From: an uncultured Pirellulaceae bacterium
Lineage (GTDB): Bacteria > Planctomycetota > Planctomycetia > Pirellulales > Pirellulaceae
NCBI GenBank assembly: GCA_964491205.1
Contig: CAZBGC010000008.1
Location: 14,675-78,674, forward strand
Reading direction: 5' to 3'
Length of the DNA: 64,000 nucleotides
The notes beneath the pieces were generated by a model. The model made no database searches. It was not told where the DNA came from and worked only from the letters and a program-made list of their open reading frames with translations. The position numbers and the translations under genes are program-made. This document shows positions 53,724 through 61,703 of this stretch, in pieces (the first letter of the stretch is position 1; every line of letters starts with the position of its first letter).

Positions 53724-54812
53724 GTGACGGCAATGCACGAAGACCTACTGGGTTATCTGCTGGGAGCACTTGAGCCGCACGAGATGCGTCGTGTGGCCAA
53801 ATGGCTTCGTGACGACCCCGTGGCAAGGTTAGAATTGTCGCGGCTTGAAGCTGCTTTGCGGCCGCTGGAAGAAGACTATCAGCCGCCCTCGGCACCAAGC
53901 GATGACCTCGTCTCGCGAACTCTTGATGCACTTCCGCTATTGCCGCCAGCGAATTCCACTTCCGCCAACGATTCCACGCAAAGTTCATTTGAAGTCGAAC
54001 CGGAGGCACCGAATTCTGATGCCTCGGTTCAGCTAATCCCGATGGGAGCCGCCGTGGGCGCTTCGCCTCGGTCCAGCGCCAGCTGGATGGACTGGGTCAG
54101 CGGTTGTATCGCGGTGGGCATTTTGTTGGGACTGCTGCTTCCCGCCATCGCACAGGGCCGGTTCGAATCGCGAAAAGTTGCTTGCCAAGACCAGCTTCGA
54201 CAGTTCGGTACTTTGTTCTCGTCGTATGTCAGTCTGAACCCGCAAGAACAACTCCCAGCCGTTTCGCCCCAGGGACCCGAAGCGTTTGCGGGTGTCTACG
54301 CCGTTCGACTTCAGGATGCCGGTTTGTTGCCAGATTCTTCGATGCGATGGTGCCCCTCATTGGACTTGCCTGATTCCAACAGTGAGCAGCTTGCCGGTAT
54401 TAACGAACTGGTACCTGCGAGTGACCTTCATTCAACCCCTGTCAATCGTCTCAAAGAACTGCAGCGAGTCGCCGGAGGTCATTACGCTTACAACCTAGGT
54501 GTCGTCGAAGAAGACGGTTTAACGGCACCGCGATTTGAGTCACGTTCGACCTTCGCCGTCATGTCCGATGCGCCTGTTGGAGCAATCACTGGCGGGAACA
54601 TTGATTCGATGCAAATTGGCCACAGTGGTCGCGGCATCAACGTTCTCTTCGAAGACGGCCATACGCAATTCGTTTCGCTGTCTTCGCTCAATTCGCTGCC
54701 GGATCACCCGCTGTTGAACAACCGTGGTCAGAGCGAAGCGGGCGTCAACATTGACGATGCATCACTCGCCCCAAGTTGGCGTCCTCCCTTTGTAAACGTC
54801 CGTCAACGTTAA
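53724..54812 (+). CDS. Single-pass anti-sigma-like protein whose TM and extracytoplasmic part resembles a DUF1559 / type II pseudopilin-like module
   Basis: 362 aa with a GTG start at 53724 (ATG at 53733). The N-terminus MHEDLLGYLLGALEPHEMRRVAKWL is like ECF anti-sigma N-domains. The TM helix and what follows (IAVGILLGLLLPAIAQGRFESRKVACQDQLRQFGTLFSSY, 54084-54227) mirror the mature pseudopilin/DUF1559 N-terminus. A C-terminal HSGRGINVLFEDGHTQFV forms an H-X10-DG (His 54621-54623, DG 54654-54659). Confidence 0.65.
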   Translation: MTAMHEDLLGYLLGALEPHEMRRVAKWLRDDPVARLELSRLEAALRPLEEDYQPPSAPSDDLVSRTLDALPLLPPANSTSANDSTQSSFEVEPEAPNSDASVQLIPMGAAVGASPRSSASWMDWVSGCIAVGILLGLLLPAIAQGRFESRKVACQDQLRQFGTLFSSYVSLNPQEQLPAVSPQGPEAFAGVYAVRLQDAGLLPDSSMRWCPSLDLPDSNSEQLAGINELVPASDLHSTPVNRLKELQRVAGGHYAYNLGVVEEDGLTAPRFESRSTFAVMSDAPVGAITGGNIDSMQIGHSGRGINVLFEDGHTQFVSLSSLNSLPDHPLLNNRGQSEAGVNIDDASLAPSWRPPFVNVRQR

Positions 54813-54947
54813 GACGGCAATCTTCAAAGCACGTCGGTACCTCGCCTGCGGGCGGCCTATGCCCGTTAGACCCTCTCGCGGACGCTTGCCTTCGCGCCGA
54901 TGACGTGACAAGATTGATGGCCATCCACCCATCCAGAGAGCCATCGC

Positions 54948-55517
54948 ATGTCAGACGAAATCAATCCCTTTAGTCGGGACAACAAGCCGTCCAATCAATC
55001 ATCTCGGCAACAACTCCAAGCGAATCATCATAGTGCGATACAAAGTAACCCAGAACCGCAAAAGAAGTCACTCGGCACCATTCTAATACTTGTCGCAGGC
55101 TTCTTCGTCGCTTGCCTGGTATGCTGTGGCGGAGCCAGCTTCTTCGCCTACAAAGGGGCAACGGGCTTGATGAACGCGCCAATCAATGCTGCGATCGCCT
55201 ATGTTTCGGCCGACGAAGAAATCGCCAACACGCTAGGCACTCCGATCGAATCGACGTCAGCGATTGGGATTGAGAATTATCAAAACCATAATGGCAATGG
55301 CAGCGCCAAAGTCGGCTTCAACGCCAAAGGCCCAGGCGGCACGGCGCGCGTCGATGGATCCTTGACCCTTACCGCGGGCACGTGGAGCGTGAAGAAACTG
55401 ACCATCAAATTCCCCGACGGCAAGACCGTTTCCTTGCCGCGCGATTCCGAACCGCCTGAAAACGAAGAAAAAGCCATCGAAGAAACAGTTGACGCGCAAG
55501 AGCCTGTCACTCCATAG
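54948..55517 (+). CDS. Membrane-anchored hypothetical protein (Coa1-like small beta domain?)
   Basis: 189 aa. A polar N-terminus precedes one TM helix (LGTILILVAGFFVACLVCCGGASFFAY). A domain of about 90 aa follows (ANTLGTPIES...GSAKVGFNAKGPGGTARVDGSLTLTAGTWSVKKLTIKFPDGKTVSL). The family assignment is tentative. Confidence 0.5.
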   Translation: MSDEINPFSRDNKPSNQSSRQQLQANHHSAIQSNPEPQKKSLGTILILVAGFFVACLVCCGGASFFAYKGATGLMNAPINAAIAYVSADEEIANTLGTPIESTSAIGIENYQNHNGNGSAKVGFNAKGPGGTARVDGSLTLTAGTWSVKKLTIKFPDGKTVSLPRDSEPPENEEKAIEETVDAQEPVTP

Positions 55518-55562
55518 GGAAAAAGGTCGCATCATTTTCAAGCGTTAATTGGCAACCGCGTA

Positions 55563-55589
55563 TTTCACTTTCCCTCTGTGAGAGTGAAA
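55563..55589. terminator. Hairpin between convergent genes (54948-55517 + and 55641-56426 -)
   Basis: TTTCACTTTC (55563-55572) pairs with GAGAGTGAAA (55580-55589). That is 9 Watson-Crick pairs plus one G-U wobble, with a 7-nt loop. Confidence 0.45.
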
Positions 55590-55640
55590 CGCAGGGACTG
55601 CTAGGGAAACGCCGACGCTGCGCGAGCAGACAAACGTGAT

Positions 55641-56426
55641 TTACTCAAAAGGCTTCATCGCTCGCGTCGAAATGAACGTGTCCATCAACTTCGATATCGG
55701 ATCGTCTTCATCTGTCCAGCGGTCCTCAAACATCGCTGTCAGAACAAAACCGGCGCTCAGCTGACCGCCAATCTGGTCTTCCAACGTGTGACCAAACTCC
55801 AAAGGTTCGCCCGCGTCGTATCGGTTGTTCTTCAAGTCGGACGTGCTTAAGTGGTCAATATCCGACCAAGGCAACTTCCGCGACAATAACAGATATCCAC
55901 GATCATGATCCGCATCCTTGATCGCATACCGAACTGGATTGCTGAAACCAGCAAGCAACACACCGCCTTTTCGCAAAACGCGAAACGCCTCCTTCCAAAC
56001 GGGAAGCACAGTTTGTGAAAAGCAATTGCTGCAGGCGTGAAAGATGAGTCCAAACTGACTGTCGTCAAACATTGACAGATCGGCCATGTCGCCTTCGACG
56101 GTTTCGATCTGAAGTCCCTCCCGTTCGGCGACCAACTGGTCCTGTGCCAATTGCTTGGGCGAATTGTCGATCGTCGTCACCCGTGCTCCGGCAGCCGCCA
56201 GCAGCGGTGCTTGCTGGCCACCTCCGGTCGCCAAACACAAAGTGGGCAGGTCACCAAGCGGCGGATACCAATCCGATGGAACGCACTTCGAAGGAGTAAG
56301 CAGGAGCTTTATTTCACCACGCCGGGCCGCAGCCACTTCGGCTTCGCTCGCTGGAACTGTCCAGCGATTGCCCTGATCCACCAGACGGTCCCAACTCTGG
56401 CGGTTGTGATTGCGAATGGAATCCAT
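55641..56426 (-). CDS. Class I SAM-dependent methyltransferase
   Basis: The track ORF starts at a GTG at 56480; the ATG at 56426 gives MDSIRNHNRQSWD. Motif I is LCLATGGGQQAPLLAAAGARVTTIDNSPKQL. The post-I and II blocks read FGLIFHACSN...LRKGGVLLAGF. Confidence 0.8.
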   Translation of the reverse strand: MDSIRNHNRQSWDRLVDQGNRWTVPASEAEVAAARRGEIKLLLTPSKCVPSDWYPPLGDLPTLCLATGGGQQAPLLAAAGARVTTIDNSPKQLAQDQLVAEREGLQIETVEGDMADLSMFDDSQFGLIFHACSNCFSQTVLPVWKEAFRVLRKGGVLLAGFSNPVRYAIKDADHDRGYLLLSRKLPWSDIDHLSTSDLKNNRYDAGEPLEFGHTLEDQIGGQLSAGFVLTAMFEDRWTDEDDPISKLMDTFISTRAMKPFE

Positions 56427-56666
56427 CAACTTAGACCTCTGTGGGAGCTGTTGTCCTAAGAACGCCCCACCCTGATTCACTCGAGAGCGAATCAGACGGA
56501 ATACTAATCACCATCGCTTGCTTCGCCCAGCATCTGGGCAGACAATTCAGTAGTTTTTTCTTGGTCCCAGCGAAGGGGTCCCGTGATTCTCCAGCGCATC
56601 AAGCGGAAAGGTTTCTCACCAGTGAAACGCGATCAGAAATGCGAGGCGTTTGTGCCATTTTTGAAA

Positions 56667-57941
56667 ATGCCAGTATTCGTCATCGTCATCCTGTTGACCT
56701 CAATTGCCAGCGCTGACGATTGGCCGCAATGGCGTGGTATGCATCGAGATGCCGTGCTGAGTACTGCTGAGCAAATCAAATCATTTCCCCAAACGTTAAC
56801 GCCCAAATGGTCGGTGGCCATCGGATCTGGTTACAGCGGCCCGACCGTGGCTGATGGTCGTGTTTACGTGACCGACCGCGGGCCGAATGATATCGATACG
56901 GAAGTCGAACGTATCCTTTGTTTCGATGCGGAAACCGGCGACCAAGTTTGGTCCCACCAATACGAATCAAAGTACACCGTTGGCTACCGCGCTGGTCCTC
57001 GAGCGGCCGTCACGGTCCAGGACGGTCGAGCCTACGCGGTTGGAGCGATGGGTCATTTTCACTGTCTGGATGCTGTCACGGGCAAAGTCATTTGGCAGCG
57101 TGACTTGGAATCGGACTATGACATTCGAATGCCAATATGGGGCATCACCGCCTCGCCACTGCTTTACCAGGACCTAGTCATTCAAATCGTCGGCGGCAAA
57201 GGCGATGCCTGCGTCGTTGGATTTGACGCTGCGACCGGAAAAGAACGCTGGCGAGCGCTTGACGAGCGTGCCGGATACAGCGCTCCGATCACGATCACGC
57301 AAGGCGATCAAGATATCATCGTTTGCTGGACGGGCGAGAGTGTTTCGGGGCTAAGCCCCAGCGACGGAACTGTTCTTTGGGCAGTTCCCATGCTACCGCG
57401 CAAGATGCCGATTGGTGTACCAACGCCGATCGTCCAAGACGACTTGATTTTCGTGTCTTCGTTTTACGATGGGTCTATGTTGATTCAGTTTGACAAATTG
57501 AAACCCACGGCAAAAAAATTGTGGCACCGAGTGGGCCGCGACGAAAAGAACACCGATGCGCTGCACTGCATGATTAGCAATCCCGTGTTCCGCGGCGACC
57601 ATATCTATGGCACGGACAGCTATGGTGAATTTCGTTGCCTGGACATCAAAACCGGCGACCGTGTTTGGGAAGACCTGACCGTCGTCAAACGAAATCGCTG
57701 GGGCACGGTCTACATCATTCAAAATGGCGACCGAGAAATAATGCAGAATGAGAACGGTGAGCTGCTATTCGCATCGCTCTCCCCTCAAGGCATCGAAATT
57801 CACTCGCGCGTTAAATTCATTCAGCCAACACGCAAACAACTCAACCGTCGCGGCGGAGTCGTCTGGGCGCACCCAGCGATCGCCAATGGTCATTTGTACG
57901 CAAGAACCGACGACACATTGGTCTGTATTCCGCTGAAATAG
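56667..57941 (+). CDS. Exported PQQ-like beta-propeller repeat protein
   Basis: The track ORF starts at 56583; the ATG at 56667 gives a signal peptide (MPVFVIVILLTSIASA) followed by DDWPQWRG. Repeated motifs of the form G.VY..D....L.C.DA.TG...W recur through the protein. Confidence 0.8.
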   Translation: MPVFVIVILLTSIASADDWPQWRGMHRDAVLSTAEQIKSFPQTLTPKWSVAIGSGYSGPTVADGRVYVTDRGPNDIDTEVERILCFDAETGDQVWSHQYESKYTVGYRAGPRAAVTVQDGRAYAVGAMGHFHCLDAVTGKVIWQRDLESDYDIRMPIWGITASPLLYQDLVIQIVGGKGDACVVGFDAATGKERWRALDERAGYSAPITITQGDQDIIVCWTGESVSGLSPSDGTVLWAVPMLPRKMPIGVPTPIVQDDLIFVSSFYDGSMLIQFDKLKPTAKKLWHRVGRDEKNTDALHCMISNPVFRGDHIYGTDSYGEFRCLDIKTGDRVWEDLTVVKRNRWGTVYIIQNGDREIMQNENGELLFASLSPQGIEIHSRVKFIQPTRKQLNRRGGVVWAHPAIANGHLYARTDDTLVCIPLK

Positions 57942-57958
57942 TCCTTCCAAATTTGGCG

Positions 57959-58876
57959 ATGCTTGAGAAAAATTTTCACGGTTGCTTACTAGGCCTCGCT
58001 GTTGCCGACAGCGTTGGCGCGGCTTTCGAAGGATGCGTGCGCGACGACCTTGAATCACGCTTCGGCGATAAGGACTCGATGCTGAAATTCTCCGCCGACG
58101 CACCCAGGTACTACACCGACGATACGGAAATGGCGATCATTCTTGCAGAGTATCTCGCTGCGCACGATGAGATCGATCCCACGGCATTGATGTCCAGTTT
58201 CACCGATGGATATCATGCCTGGCGTGGCTATGGTCACGGGGCCCAGGTCCTGCTGGATGCCTTTCGAACCGACTGCGACTACGAGCACCTAGCCCAGCAT
58301 CTGTTCCCAGGTGGTTCGTGGGGCAACGGCGCGGCAATGCGATCCGCACCGGTTGGACTAAAGTTCTCGCATGATCTAGAAACCGTTTGGGACCAAGCAC
58401 GTCTCAGCGCTTGGCCAACTCACCGAAACGAACTCGGAATCGAAGGTGGGCAACTGATCGCAGCGGCGACGACCGTGGCGTTGCGAGAAACGGAAATCAC
58501 GCCACGGCGAATGTCTGAAACCTTAAGACGGCTTGCCAACACCACTGTTTTCAAGAAGCAGCTTGCCGCGTTGGCCGAACTGGAACACGAGTCAGACTTG
58601 GTCCAGTTTGGAAACGGCATCGAAGCGCATACATCGGTCGTCACCGCCATCGGTTGCTTCGCTCTATTTCCCGATGATTTCAACAAAGCGGTCGCAACGG
58701 CCATTTGGCAAGCGGGAGACACCGACACCATTGCCGCGATGACAGGTGCTTTGGCTGGCGCTCACTTGGGAGTCGATGCGATTCCCGAAAACCTGATCAA
58801 CAAACTGGAACTCAACACCAAGTTTGTCTGCGAAGTCGAAGATCTATCCCATCGACTCCACAAAAGCACTCGATAG
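57959..58876 (+). CDS. ADP-ribosylglycohydrolase family protein
   Basis: The track ORF starts at a TTG at 57953, with an ATG at 57959. Motifs are FHGCLLGLAVADSVGAAFEG, YYTDDTEMAIILAEYL and GDTDTIAAMTGALAGAHLG (the metal-binding Asp cluster). Confidence 0.85.
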   Translation: MLEKNFHGCLLGLAVADSVGAAFEGCVRDDLESRFGDKDSMLKFSADAPRYYTDDTEMAIILAEYLAAHDEIDPTALMSSFTDGYHAWRGYGHGAQVLLDAFRTDCDYEHLAQHLFPGGSWGNGAAMRSAPVGLKFSHDLETVWDQARLSAWPTHRNELGIEGGQLIAAATTVALRETEITPRRMSETLRRLANTTVFKKQLAALAELEHESDLVQFGNGIEAHTSVVTAIGCFALFPDDFNKAVATAIWQAGDTDTIAAMTGALAGAHLGVDAIPENLINKLELNTKFVCEVEDLSHRLHKSTR

Positions 58877-58929
58877 TTGTCGCGACACTTCGCGGCGGTA
58901 GGTTCATCAACACCTACGCGACACGATAT

Positions 58930-59376
58930 CTAGTCCATTCTCACGCCCACGTGCAGCAAGATGTTTGCGTAGCGTTGCTGGTCTGCCGTTTGAATGGTTA
59001 GCACATGATCGTTCGTGCTGACCGCTTCGTAGAACTTCCACTTGTCGACCGGCTTGAGTTCTAAATCCAGGCCTTCGGCTTTGATGGTCTTGCGGTAGTC
59101 ATCCCAAACCGGCGGATCACCGTCCAATGCATACGGACCTTCTGTCTCCGTTTCCATCGTTTGAATTTGCTCGATGGGACAAGCCGACAGGATGGCCTCA
59201 AGTACTTGATTGCAGGTCGGGACTCCCGGCATCAAGTTCAGGCTGATCAGCTCTGCCCGCGGACCGCGTTTGCTGGCAGCCGGGTAGTTCCCGTCGGCAA
59301 TTAGGATGGCACTGTGGTGTCCAGCCGACGCGAGAATCGAAGAGATTTGGGGGTGAATTAGTTTGTGTCGAAGCAT
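58930..59376 (-). CDS. RbsD/FucU-family sugar mutarotase/pyranase
   Basis: The track ORF extends to 59553. The ATG at 59376 gives a 148-aa protein, MLRHKLIHPQISSILASAGHHSAILIADGNYPAAS..., matching the family N-terminal motif and its usual size. Confidence 0.8.
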   Translation of the reverse strand: MLRHKLIHPQISSILASAGHHSAILIADGNYPAASKRGPRAELISLNLMPGVPTCNQVLEAILSACPIEQIQTMETETEGPYALDGDPPVWDDYRKTIKAEGLDLELKPVDKWKFYEAVSTNDHVLTIQTADQQRYANILLHVGVRMD

Positions 59377-59555
59377 CAAGACATTCCAAACAATGAGACG
59401 AAACTCGTTAACCCCGTTTACGCGACGAATGCCATCACGCGCGATCTCAGAGAACGAAGGGGAGCGGTACAAAACCCAAGTTTGCGGTACGATGCTCTGC
59501 ACGGCAACCACCAACCCCACCATGCCGCCAATTTCGCGATCACAGTGAGACAAAC

Positions 59556-60755
59556 GTGCTAAAACAACGGCTCAGCCTTGGAAATTACTTTGGCATCGGG
59601 CTGTACGTTCATTGGACCTTTGCGTTGCTGCTAGCCTTTGTCGCTTATCAGAGTCAAGCGGAAGGGCTGATTGGGATCGCCTTTATGATCTCAATTGTGC
59701 TGAGCGTCTATGTTTGCGTGACGCTGCATGAGTATGGTCATGCACTCGCCGCCCGTCGCTTCGGTATTGGCACCGTCGATATCACGCTCCTGCCGATTGG
59801 TGGTGTCGCGCGACTCGAACGCATGCCGCGCGAACCATGGAAGGAACTTGTCGTAGCAGTCGCGGGTCCGGCCGTGAACGTCGTGATCGCGATTTTTCTA
59901 TTGGTGGTGTTGCTGGTGATGCTAGGCCCGGATGTCGTGTTTGATTTCGGAACCGATACCGGATCAGCAGTCGTCGAATCCTCCAGCGTTGTCGATGAAA
60001 ACGCTGCTGCTACCTCACCCGCGGTGGCGGCTGAAATTGCCGAGGCTGACGTAGAGGCGTCGATCGATCGCCCCAGCCTGCTGAATTACATCTTCTATCT
60101 GTTTGCAGCTAACACTGTGTTGGTAGTATTCAACATGATCCCGGCCTTTCCCATGGACGGCGGGCGTGTACTGAGAAGCGTTTTGGCGATGACGATGAGC
60201 TACCGAAAAGCGACTTACATCGCATCGCGAATCGGCTTGGTATGTGCCGCAGCAATGGCGATCATCTGGTATCTAGGTGGACAGGAGAATCCGGTATTGC
60301 TTTTGATCGCGATGTTCGTTGCTTATGCGGGCATGTCCGAAGCGAAACAAGTCGAGATGTCTGAATCCGTTCGCGGGTTGTTCGTGCGCGACGCGATGAT
60401 CCGAAACCCGCCTGCCATTTCAATGGATGCACCGCTTTCGATAATCTCGCAATGCTGGCAGTCGTCTTCCGTCGCAGCAATGCCAGTCGTTTCACTTGTC
60501 GGAACCGTGGTGGGGATACTGAGACTGTCGACCGTCAGCCAGTCGATACAAGAAAGCGTCGATCCGATGACGACCGCCGGCCAGTTGGCAGATCACGATG
60601 TCACCTTGCTGCATGAGGATGACAACCTAGAAAAAGTGCTGCCGACGCTGGCACGCAAAGAACGGCAGTTGCCAGTCGTTAATGCAGCGGGGCAACTGGT
60701 TGGATTGCTGGATCTGGATTCTTTGCGGGTTCGAGCTGCGCTCAGCCAGTCCTAG
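59556..60755 (+). CDS. Site-2 protease (peptidase M50) with C-terminal CBS pair
   Basis: 399 aa with a GTG start. The zinc motif is HEYGHALAARRFG (HExxH) and the second motif is NMIPAFPMDGGRVL. Several TM helices are present. The C-terminus has CBS-like repeats (VRDAMIRNPPAISMD...; LPVVNAAGQLVGLLDLDSL). Confidence 0.85.
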   Translation: MLKQRLSLGNYFGIGLYVHWTFALLLAFVAYQSQAEGLIGIAFMISIVLSVYVCVTLHEYGHALAARRFGIGTVDITLLPIGGVARLERMPREPWKELVVAVAGPAVNVVIAIFLLVVLLVMLGPDVVFDFGTDTGSAVVESSSVVDENAAATSPAVAAEIAEADVEASIDRPSLLNYIFYLFAANTVLVVFNMIPAFPMDGGRVLRSVLAMTMSYRKATYIASRIGLVCAAAMAIIWYLGGQENPVLLLIAMFVAYAGMSEAKQVEMSESVRGLFVRDAMIRNPPAISMDAPLSIISQCWQSSSVAAMPVVSLVGTVVGILRLSTVSQSIQESVDPMTTAGQLADHDVTLLHEDDNLEKVLPTLARKERQLPVVNAAGQLVGLLDLDSLRVRAALSQS

Positions 60756-60771
60756 ACGCCCGTTTCTAGTT

Positions 60772-60794
60772 GACCGGCCCGGCCCTCGCCGGTC
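60772..60794 (+). terminator. GC-rich hairpin downstream of the M50 protease gene
   Basis: GACCGGC (60772-60778) and GCCGGTC (60788-60794) form a 7-bp stem with a 9-nt loop, 17 nt after the stop codon. Confidence 0.35.
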
Positions 60795-60951
60795 CGACGA
60801 TGGCTCCGTTATCGTCCCAGCACTGTTGCCCGGTACGCATCGCGTCAGAGCCTGACGGAACAACTGTCAACCAAACGCAAAATTCCGCGCCCTGATTTCG
60901 TGCTGCCCCCGCCCTAACCATTAAGCTAATCGGAGCTTACTCCCGTTCAGT

Positions 60952-61701
60952 TTGGTTAGGTCCTTCACCGTGTCAGAATTCGCCACTCAATTCAGCGACA
61001 ATTTCCTTGTCGGTCCCGTTTGGCCAGCATCCGTCATGCTGGCCCTGATGATCATTTACGCCGGTGTAGCAGCACTTGGCGTGGGCGACTTTGATACCGG
61101 ACTTGATGTTGACGTCGATATGGATGTCGATGCGGGATTGCCGGATATTGATGTGCCCGATTTGGATGTGGGTGACGTGGACATGGGCGGAGGAGGTGTC
61201 GATGGAGCCGACCTGAATCATCCGGGACTGTTCGGCAGTCTGGGTGCCATGACCGTCCGCTGGTCCAACTTTGGTCGCATTCCGATCGCGATTTGGGGAA
61301 GCGTTTTCACGCTGGCCTTCTGGGGGCTTTCCTATTCACTTTGGCACAGCTTCGATGTGCATCGATACTCGGCGACTTTGCTCCCATCGTTTCTGCTGAC
61401 AATTCGCAACACGGTTATAGCGGTCCTAATCACTAAGCCAGTTACGCAGCCTTTGGTAGGCAAATTTGACAAAGAACCTGGATACGAACCGAAACGCATC
61501 GTCGGTTCAACGTGTGAAATCTCGTCGATCGAGGCGACCCCTTCTTATGGGCAAGCTAAGTTTCGTACGAATGCAGCCCCATTGCTGCTAAACGTACGCA
61601 CTGACGGTTCGACGTTTCCACGCGGAACGGAAGTCCGAATCATCGATTTCAATCCCAACAAACGCATTTACACCGTCACAAAAATCAACTCGGAGAGCTA
61701 A
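60952..61701 (+). CDS. YqiJ/NfeD-like membrane protein (DUF1449) with C-terminal OB-fold
   Basis: 249 aa (TTG at 60952, or GTG at 60970). TM helices flank an acidic loop. The C-terminus GSTCEISSIEATPSYGQAKFRTNAAPLLLNVRTDGSTFPRGTEVRIIDF is collinear with the E. coli YqiJ OB domain. The gene sits 2 nt upstream of a flotillin gene, as yqiJ-yqiK does. Confidence 0.65.
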   Translation: MVRSFTVSEFATQFSDNFLVGPVWPASVMLALMIIYAGVAALGVGDFDTGLDVDVDMDVDAGLPDIDVPDLDVGDVDMGGGGVDGADLNHPGLFGSLGAMTVRWSNFGRIPIAIWGSVFTLAFWGLSYSLWHSFDVHRYSATLLPSFLLTIRNTVIAVLITKPVTQPLVGKFDKEPGYEPKRIVGSTCEISSIEATPSYGQAKFRTNAAPLLLNVRTDGSTFPRGTEVRIIDFNPNKRIYTVTKINSES

Positions 61702-61703
61702 CC

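Noticed and set aside
54160-54169. tRNA T-loop-like GGTTCGAATC
   Set aside because: It lies inside the anti-sigma-like CDS. No acceptor, D or anticodon arms can be built around it. I found no tRNA anywhere in the window.
59377-59553. N-terminal extension of the RbsD/FucU ORF. The same issue applies to the extended starts at 3771, 15597, 17187, 26695, 42767, 47554, 52877, 56480 and 56583.
   Set aside because: In each case an internal start yields a canonical N-terminus (a signal peptide or the family's start motif). The extension has odd composition or would remove the promoter spacer. I report the shorter models, but the starts remain unverified.
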